Source: an uncultured virus (IMG/VR IMGVR_UViG_3300017971_000213) (Duplodnaviria > Heunggongvirae > Uroviricota > Caudoviricetes). Taken from it: DNA of 64,000 nucleotides. A model generated the notes under the pieces. It ran no database searches and had not been told where the DNA came from. It worked only from the letters and a program-made list of their open reading frames with translations. The translations under genes and the position numbers were made by a program. Below are positions 1 to 8,328 of this stretch, piece by piece. Each line of letters begins with the position of its first letter. Position 1 is the stretch's first letter. The stretch is taken from positions 1 to 64,000 of the IMG/VR virus record IMGVR_UViG_3300017971_000213, one strand, 5' to 3'.

Positions 1-126
1 GGAGCAGCGGCAGCCGGAGGAGCAGCGGCAGCCGGAGGAGCAGCGGCAGCCGGAGGAGCAGCGGCAGCCGGAGGAGCAGCGGCAGCCGGAGGAGCAGCGG
101 CAGCCGGAGGAGCAGCGGCAGCCGGC
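1..126. repeat. 18-bp tandem repeat GGAGCAGCGGCAGCCGGA, about 7 copies, encoding (PPAAAA)n on the minus strand
   Basis: Units start at 1, 19, 37, 55, 73, 91 and 109. The last has one mismatch. Truncated by the window edge. Confidence 0.95.
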
Positions 127-1232
127 GGTGCGCCAACGGGGGAAGCACCCACCGGAGGAGCGCCCGCAGGCATACCAGCGGGAACACCGACAGGAGCACT
201 CGAAGCGTCAGGGGCAGCGTTGTAATCCGCACCGGCCTGGGACTGTTGCTGCTGTGAGACGTAGAACCGTCCCTCCTCGTACGAAAGGAGGTGAACGAAG
301 TCCGTCGGGTCCACCATAGCCGACTGGTTCTGAATGTAGGCAAGCCACGCATCGTCGTAGGCGTAGTACCGGTTGACGAACATGACGTCGTACTCCGTCT
401 TCATCAGCGAGCCGGGCTTGCACTTCGAGGTGTCCTTGACCACAGAGAGAACCGGGAAGCCCTGATCGGTAGGGCTGAAGAAAGCGAACCCTCCTCCACC
501 CGCGACCTCAGCACTCGCCGTGTACAGGTTGAGAAGCTTTGCGTGGACCTTCTTCGGAGCGAACCAGATCTGGTGAGCGACCTGGGCCTCGTCACCCTCG
601 TCGCGCGGACGAACCCCCAAGAACTTGTCGTGGTCGAACACCATGATGACGTACTTGCTGGCGGCCTGCATGCTCCTGGCCATCTTGCGCTCGGCCGACA
701 GGATGGGATCGTTGTCTACGTACTGCCAGTAGCCGTCCTTGGAGAGAGACTTCTTGTCGACGCCACACGACTCCCACCGGGCGTTGTACGCATCCCAGTG
801 GCGCTGCTCTTCCTCGCAAAACGCACACCGAACCGGCTGATCGAAGAGCGGTCCACAACCGAGGCTCTCCACGAGGTACTTGTTCATCTCGATGGGACAG
901 AGCACCGTGCTGTACCCGATTGTTCCATCAGGTCGAGAGAAGTTCTGGACGTTGTGCACCGGAAGCTTGAAGTAGAAGGTGTTGATGGGGTTGGACGCAT
1001 CGAGCGCCACCAAACCACCTCCCGGTCCTACCATCCCGTACTTCTGAACCATCTCCGCCGTCGGGTTGAAAAGACGCCAGTAATGCGGAGAGAAGAGAGG
1101 GACGAGGATGTTGTTGGTGTGAGTGGCACCAGCCTTGTCCGGAAGAGGCTTCCACAACTCTCTCGGGGAGGAGCCGCCCTTCTTCGACTCTGCCTCCTGC
1201 TCACGCTGATAGGGCATAGAAAAACCGTTCAT
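1..1232 (-). CDS. single-stranded DNA-binding protein, T4 gp32-like (runs off window edge, partial)
   Basis: Missing from the ORF track because the stop lies outside the window. Manual translation from ATG at 1232 (ATGA overlap with upstream gene): MNGFSMPYQREQEAESKKGG...FYFKLPVHNV...VLCP...VRCAFCEE...QIWFAPKK...KTEYDV. His/Cys spacing and layout resemble gp32-type Zn-binding SSBs. Ends in a Pro/Ala-rich tail. Confidence 0.7.
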   Translation of the reverse strand, partial: MNGFSMPYQREQEAESKKGGSSPRELWKPLPDKAGATHTNNILVPLFSPHYWRLFNPTAEMVQKYGMVGPGGGLVALDASNPINTFYFKLPVHNVQNFSRPDGTIGYSTVLCPIEMNKYLVESLGCGPLFDQPVRCAFCEEEQRHWDAYNARWESCGVDKKSLSKDGYWQYVDNDPILSAERKMARSMQAASKYVIMVFDHDKFLGVRPRDEGDEAQVAHQIWFAPKKVHAKLLNLYTASAEVAGGGGFAFFSPTDQGFPVLSVVKDTSKCKPGSLMKTEYDVMFVNRYYAYDDAWLAYIQNQSAMVDPTDFVHLLSYEEGRFYVSQQQQSQAGADYNAAPDASSAPVGVPAGMPAGAPPVGASPVGAPPAAAAPPAAAAPPAAAAPPAAAAPPAAAAPPAAAAPPAAAA

Positions 1233-1882
1233 GAACTTCCTCCCATTTGCCGCATCAAGGCGGCTTCGTCGAGGGCCATTGGCCCGATGTTCCCTTTTTT
1301 GGCCATCTGCATCTTGGCGTACAGATCCAGATGGAAGGATTGGCTGTTCAGCCGGTCCGCTACCTTGTGTACGATCTCGAACTCTTCTTGAAGACGGCGC
1401 AAGGTATCCACCACCGTCTCGAAGTACCAAGCGCTCTCGCCCAGCAAGTACTTGTACATATCGGCGTAATACTCCTCTGCGGAACCCTTGTACCCCTTGC
1501 GGGATGCCAGGTTGAACGCCGCCGTACAGAACTTCATACGCTCATTATCGGACGCATCCGCAGTATAGATCTGGATGGCGGTATCCTGGATCACAGAAGC
1601 CGTCGGCTTGTTGTCGCCGTAAGAAGACAAGAGAGCCCGAGCATAGCTATTACTGTGCGCCCACCACTTCCGTGACCAGTTCTCCTTGAAGCCCTCGTAC
1701 CTACTCTTCAGACGAATCGCCAAGGCCTCCCAGTACGCCTGGATACCGGCATGCGTCTGAAGCATCTCCTCCACGTCCTCCGGGCGAAACGTGAGCATCT
1801 GCTGTACGTCCTGCTCGGGCAGGTTCTCGTTCAGAGACACCGTGACGTAACCCCCGTTGACACCTATGGAGAAGTTACCCAT
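1229..1882 (-). CDS. hypothetical helical protein, possibly a UvsY-like recombination mediator
   Basis: 217-aa ORF, helical character, coupled to the SSB gene. The UvsY guess rests on position and composition only. Confidence 0.45.
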   Translation of the reverse strand: MGNFSIGVNGGYVTVSLNENLPEQDVQQMLTFRPEDVEEMLQTHAGIQAYWEALAIRLKSRYEGFKENWSRKWWAHSNSYARALLSSYGDNKPTASVIQDTAIQIYTADASDNERMKFCTAAFNLASRKGYKGSAEEYYADMYKYLLGESAWYFETVVDTLRRLQEEFEIVHKVADRLNSQSFHLDLYAKMQMAKKGNIGPMALDEAALMRQMGGSS

Positions 1883-2533
1883 CTACTCACTGCCCTGAGA
1901 GCCGCCTTGCGGGAACTGGCCCGGCGTGAGACCCAAATTGTTGAGCCCCTGCACGTAATCCGAAGCGTCGTCCAAGCTCAGCCCCACCCCAGACGGGCCG
2001 ATGATGCCCTGCGTCCAGAACACACCGAACTTGTGCAGAACCTTCGAAAAGTCCTGGGTATCGTGCCCGAGGTTGCCATCCATGCCGGGCTTGATGTGCA
2101 GCATCTCGTGGTAAAGCGTGATCGTCTCCAAGATATCGATCATCTTCTCGGACTCTTCGCCCGCACCGACCTTGGCACGGATGGCGCTGTCGTTGAGCGT
2201 AATGACGTACCGGGGATCGAGAAGACTGGCTTGACTCTTCACGAAAGACGTCAGATCGAGCAACCCGGCGTGAACCAAAGAGGCGATGATGTGCCGGTAA
2301 ACAGTAGGCTGGGACTTCGAACCCACGTAGCGGCATTCCCCGAGCCACTTGCCGTTATTTACCCCTATCGCCCTTACGAATACGACGCGCTGAAGGTCGA
2401 TGTGCCCCAGGTCCTCCGAAAATTTCTCGACCAACGCTTCTGCTCGATCCCGAAGAGACTCTTCGAGCACCCACCGGTCGCCCTTCGGACCCACCAGCTC
2501 CAGCACCTCGTTCAACAGATCCCGTTCTTCCAT
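1883..2533 (-). CDS. putative phage metallopeptidase
   Basis: LYHEMLHI (HExxH) followed by GHDTQDFSKVLHKFG, the pattern of the phage metallopeptidase family. Likely start ATG 2533. Confidence 0.75.
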   Translation of the reverse strand: MEERDLLNEVLELVGPKGDRWVLEESLRDRAEALVEKFSEDLGHIDLQRVVFVRAIGVNNGKWLGECRYVGSKSQPTVYRHIIASLVHAGLLDLTSFVKSQASLLDPRYVITLNDSAIRAKVGAGEESEKMIDILETITLYHEMLHIKPGMDGNLGHDTQDFSKVLHKFGVFWTQGIIGPSGVGLSLDDASDYVQGLNNLGLTPGQFPQGGSQGSE

Positions 2534-2720
2534 CTCTGAGACTCCTATACTCCTCAAGGGTCAATTTGCGGATCTCAAAAAACCCACAGATACGGCACCA
2601 CAGCTGAAGGTGACACGCCTCGTCTGTGACCACCGTCCCTCGTACCCGGAGGAAGCGATCTTCGCAGTTCGGACACCTCTGACGATCAAACCACGAATCT
2701 CTGTACTCCTCACTTCGCAA
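2355..2720 (-). CDS. small Zn-ribbon protein overlapping the metallopeptidase gene
   Basis: CPNC...WCRICG fills the gap between dnaX and the peptidase gene. Possible TTG start at 2720. The 3' part overlaps the next gene by about 180 nt. Confidence 0.45.
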   Translation of the reverse strand: MRSEEYRDSWFDRQRCPNCEDRFLRVRGTVVTDEACHLQLWCRICGFFEIRKLTLEEYRSLRDGRTGSVERGAGAGGSEGRPVGARRVSSGSSRSVGREIFGGPGAHRPSARRIRKGDRGK

Positions 2721-3792
2721 CGCTGCATACCTTGGCCGCGAACATGCTCCAAACAACCTTGGGGTCTGGAGCGTACCGCATGAGCTGGGAAGTCTCCTCC
2801 CACTCTCGAACCAGGTACCGAACGTCATCGAGACCTAACCTTAAATTACAAGAAAGGGACTCGTAGGGTAGCCCAGTTTTGTACGCCCCGGTATCTGCGG
2901 GGATACCCGACAGGTAGAGCATAAAATCGTGCAGCAGCGTAGGGATTCCGTCCAAAAACAGCGTACGCAGGTCCCGACCCTCAGAGTTCCACGAACGGAT
3001 TTCCTCCATGAAGACCCGGAGATTTTTCTGATCGAGGACCTCAGCCATATCACCGAACTCCTCCCTCGAAACTACCCCCACAGCCTCCTTGAGAAGGTTG
3101 ACGTCCAGAGGACCATCCCCGGAAGCGATAACCAGGGATTCCAAAATCTGCTGGGTATCCCTCAACGATCCACCGCCGAGCAGGCTCAGTCGCTCGACGA
3201 ACTCCTCCGTATGCGACTTACCTTCGGTCTGGAGAATACGCCGTACCCCCTCTGCTACCTCGGAAGAAGTGAAGGACCTCAGCGGCATCGACAGACACCG
3301 TGACCGCAACGTGTCCGACAGCTTCTGGGGGTCTGTGGTTACGAGTAGGAAGACGGTGTTCCGAGGGGGCTCCTCTACAAGCTTCAACAAGGCTGCCTGG
3401 GCTCCTTTGGAGAGCATGTGACACTCGTCGAAAATGATCACCCGGTATCGGTGGACGATGACCTGCTTCAGCAGACCCTCTAGCTCGCGGACATCATCTA
3501 CGCCGTTGTAGGTAGCAGCATCACGCTCCAGGATGGACTGGTGGCTATCGTAAAGCTCCCTACACGAGGAGCACACCCCACAGACATCCCCGGCTTGCAT
3601 GAAGCTGTCGCAGTTCAAAGCCCGCGCGTACAAACGGGCCAAGGTGGTCTTCCCGGTCCCCCTGATTCCCGCAAAAAGTACCGCCCCCGGAACCCTGCCC
3701 ATCAGGATCGAGTTCACCAGGATGCGCACAGACACCGGCTGTCCGATGACCTCTGAGAATGACCGAGGACGGTACTTGATCGAGAACTGCAT
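2710..3792 (-). CDS. dnaX: DNA polymerase III gamma/tau-like clamp loader ATPase
   Basis: KYRPRSFSEVIGQ, Walker A GIRGTGKTT, Zn module ALNC...CGVCSSC, DECHMLS, LLKLVEEPP, SRC motif, GSLRD. Start ATG 3792. Confidence 0.92.
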   Translation of the reverse strand: MQFSIKYRPRSFSEVIGQPVSVRILVNSILMGRVPGAVLFAGIRGTGKTTLARLYARALNCDSFMQAGDVCGVCSSCRELYDSHQSILERDAATYNGVDDVRELEGLLKQVIVHRYRVIIFDECHMLSKGAQAALLKLVEEPPRNTVFLLVTTDPQKLSDTLRSRCLSMPLRSFTSSEVAEGVRRILQTEGKSHTEEFVERLSLLGGGSLRDTQQILESLVIASGDGPLDVNLLKEAVGVVSREEFGDMAEVLDQKNLRVFMEEIRSWNSEGRDLRTLFLDGIPTLLHDFMLYLSGIPADTGAYKTGLPYESLSCNLRLGLDDVRYLVREWEETSQLMRYAPDPKVVWSMFAAKVCSVAK

Positions 3793-3793
3793 G

Positions 3794-4717
3794 CTACTTG
3801 TAGTAGGAGAGGTCCCTCTCGTAGAACTCCTTGAACGCCTGCTTGATACGCACCACCCGAGGAGTCTTGTTCTCAGGCTTACCCCAACCCCAGTTGCCGA
3901 ACTTGGACCGGTTGACGCGCTTCCACGCCTCCACGAAGACCTGCTCCGGCCAATCACCGATGCGCTTCTTGGAGTTCTGGAACAGCCGATAGGCCGCAGC
4001 AGGGTTGTTCTGCCACAGGTTCAAGAAGAGGGCCACGCAGCCGCTCGACCACCCCGCCTCCTGGTCCGCCATGACCAGATCATTGATCGTAGCTCCCCCA
4101 AGAGGGCTACGGGGGTGTTGCATCTGGCGTGAGAACTCCTGCTCCGCGAAATGGGCCTGGGCAGCGGCCATCCCGAACGCACAACCCATATCCGCGAACA
4201 GACGAGCGAGACGGAGAGCGAACCGCTTCTGGCTCTGGAAGCTGTCCGGGTGCGCAACACGACCCATGCAGATGTCGACGATCTTCTTCTTCTGGGCTTT
4301 CTTACGAGGATCGAGCACCTGCGCTTGAACGCCCCCAGGTACCCACACGAACTTACCCCCAGTGATCCTGAAACCGAACTGCTCGAACTTCTGGCAACCA
4401 GTCTCTTCGTCACAGCAGATCACGTCGAAGAGGGTATCGTGATCGTCCTCCGCACCGTCAAAGTCGTAACAAGGGATCGACTTGAGGCTCTCCAGGAACT
4501 TCTGGAGTCGACCGCTCGTGAACGTCCACTGCATGAACCCAAAGGTGACTCCGGTCTCGTCATACATGACCACAGTGTCGTGCGCGCCCTCACACCGAGC
4601 CACGACACCGAGAACACGCTGCATCGGGGTAAGAGGCCCCGGAGGGTCGTAAAGGTTCTCCCCTCGTACACGAGGGCCTCCCCCGTCCTTCCACTTCACC
4701 CACGTCGCCTTAGCCAT
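3794..4717 (-). CDS. putative lysozyme-fold peptidoglycan hydrolase (endolysin candidate)
   Basis: ARCEGAHDTVVMYDETGVTFGFMQWT resembles the E...D..G.S/T.G..QW motif of lysozyme-superfamily enzymes. Confidence 0.5.
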   Translation of the reverse strand: MAKATWVKWKDGGGPRVRGENLYDPPGPLTPMQRVLGVVARCEGAHDTVVMYDETGVTFGFMQWTFTSGRLQKFLESLKSIPCYDFDGAEDDHDTLFDVICCDEETGCQKFEQFGFRITGGKFVWVPGGVQAQVLDPRKKAQKKKIVDICMGRVAHPDSFQSQKRFALRLARLFADMGCAFGMAAAQAHFAEQEFSRQMQHPRSPLGGATINDLVMADQEAGWSSGCVALFLNLWQNNPAAAYRLFQNSKKRIGDWPEQVFVEAWKRVNRSKFGNWGWGKPENKTPRVVRIKQAFKEFYERDLSYYK

Positions 4718-5534
4718 TGGAGGACCCCTTCTTCTTCGTGGCCTTCTTCTTCGTGGCCTTCTTCCCGTCCACCAGCAACGGCACCTTGCGCGTAGCGACC
4801 TTCTTCTTCGCGACCTTCTTCTTCGCGACCTTCTTCTTCGCGACCTTCTTCTTCGCGACCTTCTTCTTCGCGACCTTCTTCTTCGCGACCTTCTTCTCGT
4901 GCACCCGCATGTGAGCCTTCAATCCAGCGGCAGACTTAGCCTTGAAACCACAAACGGGGCAACGGAGGGCCTTATCGGTCTCGATGGCCTCCTCGGCGGC
5001 CTTGCGCTTAGACCGGAAAGCGTCGTCTCCCGTGTATTCGCACTTCGTCTCCCTGTGGAGGTTGAAGTCGTCCTCGTCACGGAAACCGAGACCGCAATCG
5101 GGACACCAGAAGGGGATCTCATCCTCGGGAGCCGTAGAACGCTCCGGACGGAGTCCCTTCTTCTTCTGCATGAAGTACTGCAACCGCTCCATGAGCATCC
5201 GGTAGGACGTGTAGGAGGTACCATCCCGGTCGGTGAGGACGTCCCGGATAGAACGACGCATCACGGATAGGTCAAAGAGATTCTCCTTCAAGAACGTCAA
5301 GACCCCCAAAATGGAACGCACGTTGTGCCGGCGAGCACGAGCCGACGCCAAAGCCCTCTCGTGGAACCGGATCTGTCCCTCCAGCTCCGCGTCTTCCTCT
5401 CGAAAAGACTCCAAGATGAGATCGAACTTCGTCAAGACAGCGCCCTTGAAGTCGTTGCTGGACCCAAAAACTTCCTCAGCCATCTTTGCGTGAACGTCCT
5501 CGACGTCCAAGTTCTTCTTCTTCGATTCAGTCAT
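4710..5534 (-). CDS. C2H2/C2HC zinc-finger protein with coiled coil and histone H1-like Lys-rich tail
   Basis: CPDCGLGFRDEDDFNLHRETKC and CPVCGFKAKSAAGLKAHMRVH, then (KKKVA)n and KKATKKKATKKK. Start ATG 5534 after a GGAGGAG SD. Confidence 0.8.
   Translation of the reverse strand: MTESKKKNLDVEDVHAKMAEEVFGSSNDFKGAVLTKFDLILESFREEDAELEGQIRFHERALASARARRHNVRSILGVLTFLKENLFDLSVMRRSIRDVLTDRDGTSYTSYRMLMERLQYFMQKKKGLRPERSTAPEDEIPFWCPDCGLGFRDEDDFNLHRETKCEYTGDDAFRSKRKAAEEAIETDKALRCPVCGFKAKSAAGLKAHMRVHEKKVAKKKVAKKKVAKKKVAKKKVAKKKVAKKKVATRKVPLLVDGKKATKKKATKKKGSSNG
4795..4896. repeat. 15-bp tandem repeat GCGACCTTCTTCTTC, 6 full copies plus a partial one, encoding KKKVA
   Basis: Directly visible perfect repeat. 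Confidence 0.95.
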
Positions 5535-5544
5535 CCTCTCCTCC

Positions 5545-7752
5545 TTACACAGCGTCTTCTTGGATGTGCTTGTCACTCCAACGCTGCACAATTTCAGTGT
5601 CCACCAACAACGGTACCCGGAACTGTGTCATCTCTCTGAGCCGGACAGTCATCGCGTCATCCATGATCGCGCACACCTGATCGATGCAAGAAGTATGGGC
5701 GTACACTACCAATTCATCGTGGATATGCAAAATAGGTGCTGCGGGCAACTCGTGACGATGGATCTCCTGGTTGATCCAGACCAGCGATAAGGAAGCCATG
5801 TCCACGGCAGTACCCTGAATAGGGCTGTTGACGGATTGACGCAGCGCGCGACCCACCTTGCCCTTCACGTAGCGAGCTTCCCTGTTGATGACGCACGAGT
5901 GGAGATGCGGGCACGCCTTGCACTTCTCGAACTGCCTGCTCTTGACTGCCCGCATGTGATCACGAAGCTGCTCGGTAGTGATCTGATAGAGTTCCTGAGG
6001 ATCGATGCCAAGCCATAGTGGGTACGGGCCGTCCTTGTAGCACGGAGGACGCGACTCCCACTTGGGAGCGGCTACGGTAGGCGGTACCTGTAGTTGAGCA
6101 TCGGGAAGATGACGTCTACGCCCAAACAGGTTGTTCACGTACCCGTAAGCCTTAACGAACGCGTGCGTATCATCGATCCATTGACGAAGCACAGGGGCTG
6201 CCCCGAAGTAGTCGTCGTTTATAAGAGTGTGTGCCTCATCAGGGGTCATCCCGAGCCTCTCCGCCAAGGAGAACTCGCTCTGCCCGTAAATGATACCGAA
6301 GTTGACCGTCTTGGCCTTGGAGCGATCCGCCTTATGCTGCCGCTTCACCTCCTCGGGTGAGAGATTCGGATGCCAGATCTTGGCAGCCATGGCCGCGTGC
6401 ATGTCGTGCCCTGCGTTGAAACCATCGATCCAGACCGGCTCTCCTGATAAGTGAGCAGCCACCCGCAATTCGATCTGGGAGAAATCCTTGAAGATCAACC
6501 TGTAGTCATCCGCAGCGCACCACATCGACTTCACGATCAAGCCGCCGTTCTCTGGTCTGGGCAACGTGGTGAGGTTCGGGTCGGCGCACTTCAGACGCCC
6601 AGTAGCAGAATCCATCCAGAACGTAGGGTGGACCCACCCCACTCGACCTCCATTGGTGACCTCCTCCACCTTGTCGAGAGCCGCCTCCGCGTACAAACCG
6701 TGGATCTGCTGCGCTCTACGGAAATTGAGCAAAGGTTCTCGAATAGGGTGCTCAAGACCCTTCAAGGCGTCTGCATCGGTAACCCACTCCTTATGCTTGT
6801 TCTTCTTCCCTGGCAGACCCAGCGTTTCGAAAAGCATCTGACCGAGCTGCTTGGGTGAACCCACGTTGAACTTCGCCCCGCACATCTGGTGTACCGCTCG
6901 CTCAGAATCCAGGAGAACCTTCGCCTGCTCGTTGAGAACCTGACGCGCCACCTTGAGGTCGAGCGGAACCCCGTGCAGCTCCATCAAGGTCAGCGTGTGC
7001 TGGAGCGGCATGATGAGATTGTTGAAAACCCACGTCAGCCCCTCTTCCTCCAGCATGGGCGTGAAAACGAACTTGAGAGCCAACGTGAGGTCGGCATCAG
7101 CACAAGCGTAGGGGTATAGGACCTTCAACGGCACCTTGGAGTACCGCTTCATGTGCTGATCGTAGAACTGGAGAGCCTGCTGGAGGTCGTCCTTGAAGTA
7201 GCTAGCCCCTTGAGACAGGTACGCGTCCGAAATACCGAGCTTGATCACCTTTCCGTCGACGGAGAAATCGGACTTCAGCGCGTGAGAAGACACCAGCCGC
7301 TCCTCGTCGAGAAGAGCGTGAGCGAGCATGGTGTCGAACGTCAAGTTCCTAGTGTGGATGCCCATCAGAGCGGCTAGCTGCCGAACATCGAACTTTCCGT
7401 TATGGGCGACCTTGGGAATGTCGGTCTCCAAGATCTCCTTGAGGGACCCCTCGGCGTTTTGTTGACGAGCACCCCAGTACGGGCCGTCGTCGGAACGACT
7501 CACCGGGACGTATGCCGCCGTACCCGCTTCCCACGGAAGTGCCTGGGTACGGCCCCATGCGAACGAGATGCCCGCTACGCGGTGAACAAAGTCTTCGGGA
7601 AGCTTCTTCTTACCCTTCCAGGTAGGGTGGTTGGTCTCGATGTCGAAAGCGAATTCAGCAGAACGCCCCAACTCCTCAAGAAGCCATGACAACTTCTTGG
7701 GGGTGTCGACGAGGTGGTAAGAAGGGGGCGCCTCTACCTTCGAGAAGAACAT
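5545..7752 (-). CDS. polA: family A DNA polymerase (3'-5' exonuclease plus polymerase, no 5'-3' exonuclease domain)
   Basis: ExoI FDIET, ExoII AHNGKFD, ExoIII YACAD, TGRL, motif A DFSQIELR, motif B RSKAKTVNFGIIYG, NSPIQGTA, motif C IHDEL. Confidence 0.96.
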   Translation of the reverse strand: MFFSKVEAPPSYHLVDTPKKLSWLLEELGRSAEFAFDIETNHPTWKGKKKLPEDFVHRVAGISFAWGRTQALPWEAGTAAYVPVSRSDDGPYWGARQQNAEGSLKEILETDIPKVAHNGKFDVRQLAALMGIHTRNLTFDTMLAHALLDEERLVSSHALKSDFSVDGKVIKLGISDAYLSQGASYFKDDLQQALQFYDQHMKRYSKVPLKVLYPYACADADLTLALKFVFTPMLEEEGLTWVFNNLIMPLQHTLTLMELHGVPLDLKVARQVLNEQAKVLLDSERAVHQMCGAKFNVGSPKQLGQMLFETLGLPGKKNKHKEWVTDADALKGLEHPIREPLLNFRRAQQIHGLYAEAALDKVEEVTNGGRVGWVHPTFWMDSATGRLKCADPNLTTLPRPENGGLIVKSMWCAADDYRLIFKDFSQIELRVAAHLSGEPVWIDGFNAGHDMHAAMAAKIWHPNLSPEEVKRQHKADRSKAKTVNFGIIYGQSEFSLAERLGMTPDEAHTLINDDYFGAAPVLRQWIDDTHAFVKAYGYVNNLFGRRRHLPDAQLQVPPTVAAPKWESRPPCYKDGPYPLWLGIDPQELYQITTEQLRDHMRAVKSRQFEKCKACPHLHSCVINREARYVKGKVGRALRQSVNSPIQGTAVDMASLSLVWINQEIHRHELPAAPILHIHDELVVYAHTSCIDQVCAIMDDAMTVRLREMTQFRVPLLVDTEIVQRWSDKHIQEDAV

Positions 7753-8328
7753 CTACCACCTCCGCGCAGAAGCAGACGTGCTGTCACCCCAGTTGTCGCG
7801 CACGTACATCCACGCCCGGAGCAACACGATGATGAGATCACGGAGGTCCCGTTGCTGGATGAAGAACTCCCTCTCCCGATCTCCCGCTCCGTTAACGTAC
7901 TCCCTCCAGCAACACACCGAGAAGGAGGTCACCTCTCCTTCCTCGGTGGCCACAAGCTCCGCGACCACCGACCCTTTGCTGAACTCCTTGAGAGACGTAA
8001 CGTCCTGCATGACCGCAGAGGGCTCAAGCTCCTTGAGACCTGAGCAGGAGCTGCCGGACATCTCCGGCACTTCACGTGCGCCGTCACCGTCACGCATCTC
8101 CTTGTGACGCTCAGAGATGTAGGTCATCGCTTCCACGACCGACATCACCATCAACGGAATATTGGGGACTCGGGTGAACGGAGAAAAATACCGAGCAGTA
8201 CCCTCTACACACTCCGTGGCGCACACGACATCGAAGAACACCTTCTGCGCCGACCCTACATACTTGTGGTAGACCTCGACAACCACCCCCGAATCACCAA
8301 ACTCAGCGACTTTCACAGAATCCACCAT
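7753..8328 (-). CDS. hypothetical protein with two internal beta-beta-beta-alpha repeats (PC4/Whirly-like?)
   Basis: Two similar halves: VVVEVY...FFDVVC...VVEAMTYI and VVAELV...FSVCCWREY...RDLRDLIIVLLRAWMYV. Confidence 0.5.
   Translation of the reverse strand: MVDSVKVAEFGDSGVVVEVYHKYVGSAQKVFFDVVCATECVEGTARYFSPFTRVPNIPLMVMSVVEAMTYISERHKEMRDGDGAREVPEMSGSSCSGLKELEPSAVMQDVTSLKEFSKGSVVAELVATEEGEVTSFSVCCWREYVNGAGDREREFFIQQRDLRDLIIVLLRAWMYVRDNWGDSTSASARRW

Noticed and set aside
1..126. Tandem repeats (also 4795-4896) as a CRISPR array
   Set aside because: Head-to-tail units without spacers, lengths are multiples of 3 within coding frames, and no cas genes are present.
2700..2840. E. coli-style dnaX frameshift fusing the Zn ribbon to the clamp loader
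   Set aside because: The alternative frame is +1 and no slippery heptamer was found in the overlap.
5860..6100. Intein or intron in the polymerase
   Set aside because: The frame is continuous, the insert is short, and no C/S...HN-C/S/T splice junction or homing endonuclease motif is visible.
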